From positions 496,001-560,000 of the forward strand of contig JAXLNO010000600.1 of NCBI GenBank assembly GCA_038087875.1: a stretch of 64,000 bases of DNA, read 5' to 3'. Below the pieces are notes generated by a model that worked only from the letters and a program-made list of their open reading frames with translations, made no database searches and was not told the origin of the DNA. The position numbers and the translations under genes were made by a program. This stretch comes from Malacoraja senta. Taxonomy: Eukaryota. This document shows positions 25,187 through 39,012 of this stretch, one piece after another (positions within the stretch are counted from its first letter, which is position 1; each line of letters begins with the position of its first letter).

Positions 25187-28100
25187 CATAGAAACATAGA
25201 AAATAGGTGCAGGAGTAGGCCATTCGGCCCTTCGAGCCTGCACCGCCATTCAATATGATCATGGCTGATCATCCAACTCAGTATCCTGTACCTGCTTTCT
25301 CGCCATACCCCCTGATCCCTTTAGCCTCAAGGGCCACATCTAACTCCCTCTTAAATATAGCCAATGAACTGGCCTCAACTACATTCTGCGGCAGAGAATT
25401 CCAGAGATTCACCACTCTCTGTGTAAAAAATGTTTTTCTCATCTCAGTCCTAAAAGATTTCCCCTTTATCCTTAAACTGTGATCCCTTGTTCTGGACTTC
25501 CCCCAACATCGGGAACAATCTTCCTGTATCTAGCCTGTCCAACCCCTTAAGAATTTTGTAAGTTTCTATAAGATCCCCCCTCAATCTTCTAAATTCTAGT
25601 GAGTGTAAGCCGAGTCTATCCAGTCTTTCTTCATATGAAAGTCCTGACATCCCAGGAATCAGTCCGGTGAACCTTCTCTGTACTCCCTCAATGGCAAGAA
25701 TGTCCTTCCTCAGATTGGGAGACCAAAACTGTATGCAATACTCCAGGTACAACTGCAGTAGAACCTCCCTGCTCCTATACTCAAATCCTTTTGCTATGAA
25801 TGCTAACATACCATTCGCTTTCTTCACTGCCTGCTGCACCTGCATGCCTACTCTCAATGACTGGTGTACCATGACACCCAGGTCTTGTTGCATCTCCCCT
25901 TTTCCTAATCGGCCACCATTCAGGTAATAGTCTACTTTCCTGTTTTTGCCACCAAAGTGGATAACCTCACATTTATCCACATTATACTGCATCTGCCATT
26001 CATTTGCCCACTCACCCAGCCTATCCAAGTCACCTTGCAGCCTCCTAGCACCCTCCTCACAGCTAACACTGCCACCCAGCTTCGTGTCATCCGCAAACTT
26101 GGAGATGTTGCATTCAATTCCCTCGTCCAAATCATTAATATATATGGTAAATACCTGGGTTCCCAGCACTGAGCCTTGCGGTACCCCACTAGTCACTGCC
26201 TGCCATTGTGAAAAGGACCCATTTACTCCTACTCTTTGCTTCCTGTCTGCCAGCCAGTTCTCTATCCACATCAATACTGAACCCCCAATACCGTGTGCTT
26301 TAAGTTTGTATATTAATCTCTTATGTGGGACCTTGTCGAAAGCCTTCTGAAAGTCCAGATATAACACATCCACTGGTTCTCCCTTATCGGAGCTCCCGCA
26401 ACGGCAACTTCTCCCGCTTGAACCGTGGGATTTAAAGGACACGGAGCCGGGGCCTAACATCGCCCGGCGTGGCTAAATGGCCACAGGACTTACCATCGTC
26501 CGCCGGGGGCTTTAACATCGGAGCCCCAGTTTGCCTAGACGCTGCAGTTGGACTGCTGGACCGCGGGTGAAGAACAAAGGGAAGAGATAAGACTTTGCCT
26601 TCCATCACAGTGAGGAGGTGTTGGAGACTCACTGTGATGGATGTTTATGTAAACTGTGTTAAGTGTGGGTCTTGGGTTGTTGTTTTTTTTGTAATGTAAA
26701 AAACTGTAGTAAATGAAATTTCGTTCAAACCTAGGTTTGAATGACAATAAATAGCATTCCATTCCATCCACTCTACTAGTTACATCCTCGAAAAATTCTA
26801 TAAGATTCGTCAGACATGATTTACCTTTCATAAATCCATGCTGACTTTGTCCAATGATTTCACCAATTTTCAAATGTGCTGCAATCCCATCTTTAATAAC
26901 TGACTCTAGCAGTTTCCCCACTACCGATGTTAGACTAACTGGTCTGTAATTCCCCGTTTCCTCTCTCCCTCCCTTTTTAAAAATTGGGGTTACATTAGCC
27001 ACCCTCCAATCCTCAGAAACTACTCCAGAATCTAAAGAGTTTTGAAAAATTATCACTAATGCATCCACTATTTCTGGGGCTACTTCCTTAAGTACTCTGG
27101 GATGCAGCCTATCTGACCCTGGGGATTTATCGGCCTTTAATCCATTCAATTTACCTAACACCACTTCCCGGCTAACCTGGATTTCACTTAGTTCCTCCAT
27201 CTCATTTGACCCCCAGTCCTCTGCTATTTCCGGCAGATTAATTAAGTCTTCCTTAGTGAAGACAGAACCAAAGTAGTTATTCAATTGGTCTGCCATGTCC
27301 TTGTTCCCCATGATCAATTCACCTGTTTTTGACTGCAAGGGACCTACATTTGTTTTAACTAATCTCTTTCTCTTCACATATCTATAAAAACTTTTGCAGT
27401 CAGTTTTTATGTTCCCTGCCAGTTTTCTTTCATAATCTATTTCCCTTTCCTAATTAAACCCTTTGTCCTCCTCTGCTGGACCCACCAACTGAATTTCTGC
27501 CAGTCCTCTGGTAGGCTGCATTTTCTGGCTAATTTGTATGCTTCATCTTTTGTTTTGATACTATCCCTGATTTCCCTCGTTATCCACTGATGCACTACCT
27601 TCCCTGATTTATTCTTTTGCCAAACTGGGATGAACAATTGTTGTAGTTCATCCATGCAGCCTTTAAATGCCTTCCATTGCATATCCACCGTCAACCCTTT
27701 AAGAATCAATTCCCAGTCTATCTTGGCCAATTCCCGTCTCATACCCTCAAAGTTACCTTTCTTTAAGTTCAGAACCCTTGTTTCTGAATTAATTGTGTCA
27801 CTCTCCATCCTAATGAAGAACTCAACCATATTATGGTCACTCTTGCCCAAGGGGCCACGCACAACAAGACTGCTAACTAACCCTTTCTCATTACTCAATA
27901 CCCAGTCTAGAATAGCCTGCTCTCTCGTTGGTTCCTCTACATGTTGATTTAGAAAACTATCCCGCATACATTCCAAGAAATCCTCTTCCTCAGCACCCCT
28001 GCCAATTTGATTCACCCAATCTATATGTAGATTGAAGTCACCCATTATAACTGTTCTACCTTAGTTGCACGCATTTCTAATTTCCTGTTTGATGCAATCC

Positions 28101-28290
28101 CCAACTCCACTACTACTGTTAGGTGGCCTGTACACAACTCCCACTAGCGTTTTCTGCCCCTTAGTGTTTCGCAGCTCTACCCATATCGATTCCACATCCT
28201 CCAAGCTAATGTCCTTCCTTTCTATTGCGTTAATCTCCTCTCTAACCAGCAATGCTACCCCACCTCCTTTTCCTTTCTGTCTATCCCTCC
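25187..28290 (-). mobile_element. second long CR1 ORF2 copy of the same subfamily, 5'-truncated and disrupted
   Basis: ORFs 28061-28297, 27437-28045, 26535-27377 and 25450-26460 are colinear with the 20477-23890 copy; same tail; stop and frameshifts; insertion at 26389-26765. Confidence 0.95.
26389..26765 (+). mobile_element. 5'-truncated GC-rich non-autonomous retroposon with Rex1-like 3' end
   Basis: interrupts the CR1 RT; ends gaaatttcgttc...gaatgacaataaa plus (ATTCC)n; homologous to 16704-17538. Confidence 0.7.
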
Positions 28291-28616
28291 TGGTCACCCC
28301 TTCTGTCTAATACTCCAGGTGTGGTCTCACTAGGGCCCTGTACAACTGCAGGAGGACCTCTTTGCTCCTATACTCAACTCCTCTTGCCATTAGCTTTGTC
28401 ACGGTGAGAATGTACAAACTCAGTACAGACAGCACCCATGGTCGGGATCGAACCTGGGTCTCTGGCGCTGCAAGGCAGCAGCTCTACCGCTATGCCACCG
28501 TGCCGCCCAATGTCACATTCCCCTTCCCCTTATTTCTCTGACATGCTACCCTTTTTTTGCTCTCTCCGGAGAGAGGAGTTTGAGCTATGGATGGGGGTCC
28601 CTGGGGCAGGAACAAT

Positions 28617-28644
28617 CTGAAGAAGGGTCTCGACCCGAAACGTC
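28617..28644 (+). ncRNA. minimal hammerhead-ribozyme-like core in a Penelope pLTR (representative copy)
   Basis: CUGAAGA-A-GGGUC-UC-GACCC-GAAAC-GUC: core boxes, stem II and loopless palindromic stem III; stem I only about 2 bp. Confidence 0.5.
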
Positions 28645-29174
28645 ACCTATTCCTTCTCTTCAGAGATGCTGCCTGTCCTGCTGAGTTACTCCAGCATTTT
28701 GTGTCTATTCTGGGGCAGGAACAAATAGATCATGAATCTGTTCAGTAATCAGCTGAGAACATGAGGGTAAATGAGTCTATGGAACATCCTTCGTCGTTTA
28801 AGGTAAAGGGGAAAAGATTTAATAGGATTCTGAGGGGTGACTTTCACACAAGGGGTGGTTTGTGTATGGAACGAGCTGCCAATTGGGGTAGTTTAGGCAG
28901 GGACTATCGCAACATTTAAGAAGCAATTAGGTATATGGATAGGACAGATTTAGAGGGATACGGGCTAAACGTAGGCAGATGGGTCAAGTTTAGATGGGAC
29001 ATGTTGGTCAGTATGGGCAAGTTGGCCCGAAGGGTCTGTTTCCACATTATGACTATGACGTAGAGAAAACCACAGAGTGCTGGAGTAACTCGGCAGATCA
29101 GGCAGCATCTCTAGAGAACATTGATAGGTGCCATTTTGGGACGGGACCCTTCGTCCAACTCCTGACTCAAACTG

Positions 29175-29376
29175 TCACCTTCCATGTTCTCCACAGATGC
29201 TGCCCGACCCGCTGAGTTACTCCAGCACTCTGTGAAACGTCACCTATCCATGTTCTCCACAGATGCTGCCTGACCCGCTGAGTTACTCCAGCACTCTGTG
29301 AAACGTCACCTATCCATGTTCTCCACAGATGCTGCCTGACCCGCTGAGTTACTCCAGCACTCTGTGAAACGTCACC
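29175..29376 (+). repeat. 66-bp tandem repeat, 3 copies (pLTR-derived)
   Basis: unit acctatccatgttctccacagatgctgcctgacccgctgagttactccagcactctgtgaaacgtc. Confidence 0.9.
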
Positions 29377-30964
29377 TTGTGTCCTTTTATGTAACACCAG
29401 CATGTAGTTGAAGATTGACACGAAATGCTGGAGTAACACAGCAGAACAGGCAGCATCTCTGGAGAGAAGGAATGGGTGACGTTTCGGGTCGAGACCCTTC
29501 AAATTGTGAAGAAGAGTCTCGACCCGAAACGTCAACCATTCCTTCTCTGCAGAGATGCTGCCTGTGAGTTACTGCAACATTTTGTATCTGATCTGTCGCT
29601 TTCACACCTTACCCCCACATATCTCTAGTCTCCCTCTTCCCTGACCCTCAGTCTGAAGAAGGGCCTTGACCCAAAACGTCACCCATTCCTTCTCTCCAGA
29701 GATGCTGCCTATCCCTCTGAGTTACTCCACCAATTTGTGTCTATCTTTGGTGTAAACCAGCATCTGCGGTTCATTCCTGCACATTTCGTCTGTAGTTCCT
29801 TGTTTCTACAGAAAAAAACACAGTGCCTTTATCAGCACCAGAGGAACCAAGTCTCCAATGAAACAACAAAACATTTGAAGATGCAGGGCCATAGTTCCAA
29901 CTGAATATTGGATCTGATGTGCTGACCTGTGCAGCCTTCCATAGGGGACAGATGCAGGACTAAAGGATTGTGATCCACCTTCAATATCAGCGCCACTTTC
30001 ACACCCAATCTCCATATCCTTTCATTTCATTAATGGAGTCATAGAGTGATACAGCATGGAAACAGGCCCAACTTGCCCACACTGGCCAACATGTCCCAGC
30101 TACACTAGTCCCCCCTTCCCCGAGCTTGGTCCATATCCCTCCAAACCTGTCCGATCCATGTACCCGTCCAACTGTTTTTTAAACGTTGGGATAGTCCCTG
30201 CCTCAACTACCTTCTCTGGCAGCTTGTTCCATACACCCACCACCCTCTGTGTGAAAAAGTTACCCCTCAGATTCCTATTAAATCTTTCCCCTCCAGGACA
30301 AGGGGTCACAGTTTAAGGATAAAGGGGAAATCTTTTAGGGCCGAGATGAGAAAAACATTTTTCACACAGAGAGTGGTGAATCTCTGGAATTCTCTGCCAC
30401 AGAAGGTAGTTGAGGCCAGTTCATTGGCTATATTTAAGAGGGAGTTAGATGTGGCCCTTGTGGCTAAAGGGGTCAGGGGGTATGGAGAGAAGGCAGGTAC
30501 AGGATACTGAGTTGGATGATCAGCCATGATCATATTGAATGGCGGTGCAGGCTCGAGGGGCCGAATGGCCTACTCCTGCACCTATTTTCTATGTTTCACC
30601 TTAAACCTATGTCCTCTGGTCCTCGATTCGCCCACTCTGGGCAAGAGACTGTGCATCTACCTACCTGATCTATTCCTCTCATGATTTTTCTTTATATCCA
30701 GAGACTTGTCAACATGAATCTTGGAATAAGCTTGACAAGTGAGCCCTTACATTGGGGCAAAAAATTCCAAAGATTCACCGCTATAGATAATTTGCCCATT
30801 CGTCTCAATCCTAAATACTAACACCTTAAACTGAGACTTTCCCTGCAGTTCCACTCCCTCCAGCCAAAGGAACCATCCATCCCCCAATGTCTGAAAAAGG
30901 TCTCGATCTGAAACATCTATTCCTTTTCTGGACCCGCAGAGTTACTCCAGCTGATGGTGAATAT

Positions 30965-31721
30965 CTACCCCCCTCATTGAAATTTGACAAACAAGTCAAT
31001 GCCGTGGTAAAAGCTAGCTTCTTCCAGCTTCGGACGATAGCTAAAATAAAACAATTCCTCCAGTTTGATGACCTCAAAAAGATCATCCACACATTCATCT
31101 CCTCCCGCCTCGATTACTGCAACTCCCTTTACACTGGCATCAGCCAATCTTCCCTGTCCCGCCTGCAACTGGTCCAAATCGCCGCTGCGAGACTCCTGAC
31201 GGGCACCCGTAAAAGGGACCACATCATCCCGATCCTGGCCTCTCTCCACTGGCTCCCTGTGCGGTTCAGAATCAATTTCAAGATCCTCCTTTATGTTTAC
31301 AAAGCCCTTAACGGCTTGCCCCCACCTACATCAAAAGTCTGCTCACCCACCACACCACCTCCAGGTCCCTCAGATCGGCCGACTTGGGGTTACTGAACAT
31401 CCCGCGGTCTAGGCATAAGCTCAGGGGCGACCGCGCCTTTGCGGTTGCAGCTCCTAGACTGTGGAACAGTATCCCTCTTCCCATCAGAACTGCCCCCTCC
31501 ATCGACTCTTTTAAGTCGAGACTTAAAACTCATCTTTACTCTCAAGCCTTTCTTGACGTCCTCTGAGTGAGGGCTATATGTATGTATTTATGTGTGTACT
31601 TAATCTATGAACCACTGTTGTATAACGTTAGTACCTCCACCAATGTAAAGCACTTTGGTCAACGAGAGTTGTTTTTTAAATGTGCTATGGAAATAAAAGT
31701 GACGACTTGACTTGACTTGAC
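30965..31721 (+). mobile_element. L2 LINE 3' fragment
   Basis: FQLRTIAKIK...ISSRLDYCNSL...LASLHWLPV...RGDRAFAVAAPRLWN...FKSRLKTHL; aataaa plus (GACTT)n tail. Confidence 0.9.
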
Positions 31722-32589
31722 ACTATCTACATTAGCTGGAGCCCCATATCTCATTGCCCTCACATTATTTCCATCTGGCTCCACAACTTATTCTCTCTCC
31801 GTAGTGAGGGTGTTTGTGCTGTGGAAGGGAATCCCTTGAACCAGAATCTCAGAGTGTTACTGTGAGTTTCAGTATGAGTTCTGGGAGCAGAATTAGGCCA
31901 TTCGGCCCATCGAGTCTACTCTGCCATTCAGTCATCGCTGATCTATCTTTCCCTCTCAACCCCACTCTCCTCCCTTTGCCCCTTAACCCCTGACACCCGC
32001 ACAAATCACAATGTATCTATCACAATGTAAAATTGTCCCTAGTGGGTGTAGGGTAGTGTTGATGTGCGGGGATCGCTGGTCGGCACGGACCCGGTGGGCC
32101 GAACGGCCTGTTTCCATTCTGTATCTCTAAACTAAACTTCTGCTCGTAATGGCGTTGCCAGACCTGCCCTGTCAGACCCCCCTTCGATCTCTGTGGCCCC
32201 CACGACGATACCCTCTTCATTCTCAGCGTGCCCCCGCCAGGTCCCTCCTTCCTTCTATTCCCCCCATGATTTTGTACACCATAAGATCACCCCTCAGCCT
32301 CCAGTGCTCCAAGGAATAGAGTCCTAACCTTAGTTTATTTTATCTTAGTTTAGTTTGCATTGTTGTCACCTCCTCCTAGCTACAATGATCTATTTTACAT
32401 TTTCTTGAGCAGCATCTCTTTTGATGTCGTTTTCACACCTTGCACTACCTTATCTCTGCATCTCCCTCTTCCCCGACTCTCGTCTGAAGAAGGGTCTCAA
32501 CCCGAAACGTCACACATTCCTTCTATCCTCTGGTCTTTGATTCACAGTCTCTCTGGGCAAGAGGACTGTGCATCTACCTGATGATCCAG

Positions 32590-34221
32590 GTTAGAAACAT
32601 AGAAAAATAGGTGCAGGAGTAGGACATTCGGCCCTTCGAGCCAGCACTGCCATTCAATATGATCACGGCTGATTATCTAAAACCATTCCTGTTTTTTCCT
32701 CATATCCCTCGATTCCGTTAGCCCAAAGAGCTAAATTTAACTCTCTCTTGAAAACATCCAGTGATTTGACCTCCACTGCCATCTGTGGCAGAGAATTCCA
32801 CAGATTCACAACTCTCTGGGTGAAAACGTTTTTCCTCATCTCAGCCCTAAATGGCTTACCCCTTATTCTTAAACTGTGACCCCTGGTTCTGGACTCCCCC
32901 GATATGGGGAACAATTTTCCTGCATTCAGCCTGTCCAATCCTTTAAGAATTTTATATGTTCTAAAAACCTGTGCGGACCAACTGGCTGGAGTTTTTACGG
33001 ACATTTTCAATCTCTCACTTCTGAGGTCTGAGGTTCCCACCTGCTTTAAAAGGGCATCAATTATACCAGTGCCCAAGAAGAGCAAGGTGACGTGCCTCAA
33101 TGACTATCGACCTGTGGCACTAACGCCTGTGGTGATGAAGTGCTTTGAGAGGTTGATTACTGCGCATATCAACTCCTACCTCGACAAGAACTTCGACCCA
33201 CTGCAATTCGCCTACCGCCACAACAGATCAACGGTGGATGCGATCTTACTGGCTCTCCACTCCGCTCTGGACCACTTGGACAACAAAAACTCATATGTCA
33301 GGCTGTTATTCATTGACTACAGCTCGGCATTTAAAACCATCATCCTCTCCAAGCTGGTTACCAAGCTCTCAGATCTGGGTCTCTGCACATCCCTCTGCAA
33401 TTGGATCCTCGACTTCCTCATCCACAGACCACAGTCCGTATTGGTGGAAATGTGTCATCCTCGATAACAATCAGCTCAGGAGCACCTCAAGGCTGCGTGC
33501 TCAGCCCCCTGCTGTACTCACTCTATACTCATGACTGCGTAGCCGAACATAGTGTGAACTCCATCATCAAGTTCGCCGACGACACCACTGTTGTGGGATG
33601 AATCACTGATGGTGACGAGTTCAGAGTATAGAAGTGAGATCGACCGATTGACCAAATGATGCCAGCACAATAACCTGGCTCTCAACACCAACAAAACCAA
33701 GGAAACAAGCAAGAATTTAATTTTCCTATCTGGGACACATGACAATAAAACGCTCTTGACTCTCTTGACTCTTGACTTGACTATGTTTCTATAAGATCCC
33801 CTCTCATTCTTCTAAATTCCAGTGAATACAAGCCCAGTCGACCCATTCTTTCATCATATGTCAGTCCCGCCAACCTGGGAATTAACCTAGTGAACCTACG
33901 CTGCACTCCCTCATTAGTAAGGATGTCCTTCCTCAAAATTAGGAGACCAGAATTGCACACAGTACTCTCCACGTGCGGTCTCACCAGGGCCCTGTACAAC
34001 TGAGGCCCTTGTGCTGAAACTCAAATCCTCTCGCAATGAAGGCCAACATGCCATTCGCTTTCTTCACTGCCTGCTGTACCTGCATGCTTACTTTCATTGA
34101 CTGCTGAACAAGCACACCCAGGTCTCGTTGCACCTCCCGTTTTCCTAACGTGACACCATTCAGATAATAATCTGCCTTCCTGCCCTTGCCACCAAAGTGG
34201 ATATCCTCACATTTATCCACA
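32590..34221 (-). mobile_element. CR1 3' fragment split by a Rex1 insertion
   Basis: CR1 C-terminal motifs on both sides of 32961-33781. Confidence 0.85.
32961..33781 (+). mobile_element. Rex1/Babar LINE RT fragment nested in a CR1
   Basis: [20 protein letters not shown]...[19 protein letters not shown]...PQGCVLSPLLYSLYT...KFADD; TSD-like TATGTT on both sides. Confidence 0.85.
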
Positions 34222-34782
34222 TAAATCCCGATTACGGGTGCTGTCTGTACATTCTCCCCATGACCCGCGTGGGTTTTCTCCGAGATCTTCAGTTTCCTCC
34301 AACGACGTCCAGGTTTGTAGGTTAATTGGTATAAGTTTAAATTGTCCCTAATGTGTGTAGATTAATACTAATGTGCAGCGATCGGTGGTCGGTGTGTGGG
34401 ATCGATTGGCCGAAGGGCCTGTTTACCCCTCCATATCTCTAGACTCCCTCTTCCCTGACTCTCAGTCTGAAGAAGGGTCTCGACCCGAAAACGTCACCCA
34501 TTCCTTTTTCTCCAGCATTTTGTGTCTATCTTCTCCATAAATTTGTTTCTTCTGAATGAGTCTCTTCACTGTTATTTTCATACAAAAGTATTTTATTATA
34601 AATATATACGGTCAATTACAATCCAATGAGTAACATCTAGAGTTAGCATAAATAGGGTAGCCTAATTGCATTGTGGACTCCTCTCCAGGTATATCAGCGA
34701 TACAATGCCGTACAGTTATTTACACATCCTAACTCCCACTGTGGTCACATCTACTTGTAGCCAGGGTAGTGGAACATTGAAG

Positions 34783-35350
34783 TTGGGAGGTCATGTTGCA
34801 GTTGTATAAGACGGTGGTGAGGCCGCATTTAGAGTATTGTGTTCAGTTCTGGGCACCGTGTTACAGGAAAGATGTCGTCGAGCTGGAAAGGGTGCAGAGA
34901 AGATTTACAAGGATGTTGCCAGGACTAGAGGGTGTGAGCTATAGGGAGAGGTTGAGTCGCTATTCCTTGGAGCGCAAGAGGATGAGGGGTGATCTATAGA
35001 GGTGTATAAAATCATGAGAAATAGATCGGGTAGATGCACAGAGTCTCTTGCCCAGAGAAGGGGAATCGAGGACCAGAGGACATAGGTTCAAGGTGAAGGG
35101 GAAAAGATTTAATAGGAATCTGAGGGGTAACATTTTCACACAGAGGGTGGTGGGTGTATGGAACGAGCTGCCAGAGGAGGTAGTTGAGGCTGGGACTATC
35201 CCAACATTTAAGAAACATTTAGACAGGTACATGGAAAGGACAGGTTTGGTGTGATATGGACCAAGCGCAGGCAGGTGGGACTAGCGTGGCTGGGACATGT
35301 GTGGACAAATTGGGCCGAAGGGCCTGTTTATACACTTTAACACTCTATGA
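34783..35350 (+). mobile_element. CR1 (HER1-like) 3' fragment
   Basis: [27 protein letters not shown]...; tail shared with the SINEs; related copies at 40263-40845 (+) and 55600-55925 (-). Confidence 0.88.
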
Positions 35351-35942
35351 CACTATTAGTCAATAGCTATCCAGAGAGTGTTGGACTGTGTGGGTACATC
35401 AGCTATGAAGTCTATTTTATAAACTTCAGCATACCATAAATGCAAATACACTTATACAAGTTGAATACAATCCTTCTGTTTTATTTCATTTAAGAAATCC
35501 AGGACCAGAGGTCACAGCCTTAGAATTAAAGGGCGTTCCTTTAGGAAGGAGATGAGGAGGAATTTCTTTAGTCAGAGGGTGGTGAATCTGTGGGATTCAT
35601 TGCCACAGACGGCTGTGGAGCCCACAAATCAGTGGATATATTTAAGGCAGAGATAGATAGATTCTTGATCAGTGCGGGTGTCAGGGGTTATGGGGAGAAG
35701 GCAGGAGAATGGTGTTAGGAGGGAGAGATAGATCAGCCATGATTGAATGGCGGAGTAGACTCGATGGGCTGAATGGCCTAATTCTGCTTTTATCACTTAT
35801 GAACAATTTTGTCCTTTCTGTGAGACAACCCCAACTTCTCCCCGTTAAAATATTAATTTCTTCAACATTTCTTTGAACAGCTCCGAACACCTTCAAAGCC
35901 AACAATATCCAGCAGTATGAAGAACGGTCCTGACCCATAACT

Positions 35943-36116
35943 TCACCTATCCATGTTCTCCACAGATGCTGCCTGACCCGCTGAGTTACTCCAGCACTCT
36001 GTGAAACGTCACCTATCCATGTTCTCCACAGATGCTGCCTGACCCGCTGAGTTACTCCAGCACTCTGTGAAACGTCACCTATCCATGTTCTCCACAGATG
36101 CTGCCTGACCCGCTGA
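35943..36116 (+). repeat. 66-bp tandem repeat, about 2.6 copies, same unit as at 29175
   Basis: identical unit sequence. Confidence 0.9.
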
Positions 36117-38499
36117 ATCATGAGAGGAATAGATCGGGTAGACGCACAGAGCCTCTTGCCCAGAGTTGGAGAATCGAGGACCAGAGGACATAGGTTTGAG
36201 GAGAGGAGGGAAAGATTTAATAGGAATCTGTGGTGTAACCTTTTTACACAAAGGGTGGTGGGTGTATGGAACGAGCTGCCGGAGGAGGTAGTTGAGGCTG
36301 GGACTATCGCAACGTTTAAGAAAAATCTAGACAGGTGCATGGATGGGACAGGTTTGGAGGGATATGGGCCAAATGCGGGCAGGTGGGACTGGTGTCGATG
36401 AGATATGTTATCTGGTGTGGGCAAATTGGGCCAAAGGGCCTGTTTCCACACTGTGACTCTAATCTGTTGGTCGACTCATCAAGATAATTTATCCGTTCTA
36501 GTTTAATGTTGAACGGTGACACCAATAAGTGGCTGCTCTTGATAATTGATCTGGATCGGTAGCAGTGAGGAGATCTGAGCAATCGGTACAGGAGAGGGGG
36601 TGTGAAGCTCGGACCGTTATGGACAACCAGCCTTTTCTACACTTGATTTGGACTTCACAAGTGATAGGAGCAGAATTAGGCCATTTGGCCCATCAAGTCC
36701 ACTCCGCCATTCAATCATGGCTGATCTATCTCTCCCTCCTAACCCCATTCTCCTGCCTTCTCCCCATAACCTATGACACCCGTACTAATCAAGAATCTAT
36801 CTCTCTCTGCCTTAAAAAATATCCACTGACTTGGCCTCCACAGCCGTCTGTGGCAAAGAATTCCACAGATTCACCACCCTCTGACCAAAGAAATTCCTCC
36901 TCAGCTCCTTTCTAAAGGAAGTCCTTTATTCTGATTCTGTGCCCTCTGGTCCTAGACTCTCACACTAGTAGAAACATCCTCTCCACATCCACTCTATCCA
37001 GGCCTTTCACGATTTGGTAACGTTTCAATGAGGTCCCTCCCTTCATCGTACTGAACTCCAGCGAGTACAGGCCCAGTGCCATCAAACGCTCATCATACGT
37101 TAACCCACTCATTCCTGGGATCGTTCTTGTAAACCCCCTCTGGACCCTCTCCAGAGCCGGCACATCCTTCCTCAGATACGGGGGCCAAGAATTGCTTGAA
37201 CGTGTCAGAGAGGTGACCGCAAGGATAACTGGCATGTGACGGCCAAGCATTCATAGCAATGGGGTTTTCTTAATAGCACTCCAATTTGTGTTGGGGGGTG
37301 GGCCCTAATTTGAGCTCAGGAGACTGTGTAACAGTCAGGGTCTTCATCGATGGGAAGTATTGCCAGGGGAGGATGAAAGGCGAACGTCCTCGTCTGGAAG
37401 CTCAATTGGAATTCAGAGAGAGACAAGAGACTGCAGATGCTGGAATCTTGAGCAACGCAGAAGATGCTGTTTCCCACCTCGACCACTCTGTGACCACAGG
37501 CACGTGAGCTGGAGTAAGCACTGTTACTGCGTAACGGTGGCACAGCGGTAGAGTTGCCGCCTCACAGCGCCGGAGACCTGGGTTCGATCCCGACTACGGC
37601 TGCTGTCTGTACGGTGTTTGTACGTTTACTAATTTACTGTTGTGTTGTGTCTATTTTTTTTGTTTTTTTGTTTTCTAAAATGTAAATACTGGTTCTGTTC
37701 TGTTGTTCTGTAGTTTTTTGCACAATCCGCAGGCATTGCCACTTTCATTTCACTGCACATCTTGTATGTGTACCAGAACCAGGGGCCACAGTTTAAGAAT
37801 AAGGAGTAAACCATTTAGAAACGGAGACGAAGAAACACTTTTTCTCACAGAGAGTGGTGAGTCTGTGGAATTCTCTGCCTCAGAGGGAGGTGGAGGCCGG
37901 TTCTCTGGATGCTTTCAAGAGAGAGCTAGATAGGGCTCTTAAAGATAGCGGAGTCAGGGGATATGGGGAGAAGGCAGGAACGGGGTACTGATTGTGGATG
38001 ATCAGCCATGATCACATTGAATGGCTGTGCTGGCTCAAAGGGTCGAATGGCCTACTCCTATTGTCTATTGTATGTATGTGACAAATAAAGTTGACTTGAC
38101 TTGTCCCCGTGACCTGCGTGGGTTTTTCTCTGGGATATCCGGTTCGATAGACAAAAGACAATAGGTGCAGGAGTAGGCCATTCAGCCCTTCAATTCCGTT
38201 CCCTCCCGCACTCCAAAGACGTGCAGGTTTGTAGGCTAATTGGCTTGGTGTAATTGTAAATTGTATCTAGCGTGTGTGTGTGTGTGTAGGATAGTGTTAG
38301 TGTGCGGGGGTTCGCTGGTCGGTGCGGACTCGGTGGGCCGAAGAGCCTGTTTCCGCGGTGTACCTCGAAACTAAACTAAAATAACCTAAACTCAGTGGGT
38401 CAGCATTTACTCCAGTATTTTGTGTCTGTCTTCGGTGTAAACCAGCATCTGCAGTTCCTCCCTGCACAAGATGCCAGAGGAGTTCCGTACGGTAAGATC

Positions 38500-38870
38500 T
38501 CGCTGGCTGCAACGGGTGAGGCAGAATCTATGGAGCGAAGGAATAGGCGACGTTTCGAGTCGAGACCCTTCTTCAGACTCATCATATTTCACTTGGGTAG
38601 TTTACACCCCAGCGGTATGAACATTGACTTCCAGTTTCAGGTAGTCCCCGCTTTCTCCCTCCTTCCCCTCCCCTTCCCAGCTCTCCCACAGCCCACTGTC
38701 TCCGCCTCTTCCTTTCTTCTTCCCACCCCCCCCACATCAGTCTGAAGAAGGGTCTCGACCCGAAACGTCGCCTATTCCTTCGCTCCATAGATGCTGCCTC
38801 ACCCGCTGAGTTTCTCCAGCATTTTTGTCTACCTTCGATTTTTTTTCCAGCATCTGCAGTTCTTTCTTAA
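38500..38870 (+). mobile_element. Penelope-like 3' end with inverted and direct pLTR pieces
   Basis: IFHLGSLHPSGMNIDF remnant; hammerhead-core motif at 38742-38769 and an inverted copy at about 38548-38577. Confidence 0.75.
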
Positions 38871-39012
38871 ACTTCTCGCCGATTGCTGCGTTCAAAGTAA
38901 ATTTGACCTTTTAGTACAATCGCTCCCCCCCAGAACGGAATGGTTAAAATATTCACAAATCTTGCACTCGGAGAGTTCCCTGTCCCACTGAAGCGACACG
39001 ATATGGCAGCAA

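Noticed and set aside
29175..29376. CRISPR-like regular repeats
   Set aside because: No unique spacers, no cas genes, eukaryotic context; plain tandem repeats
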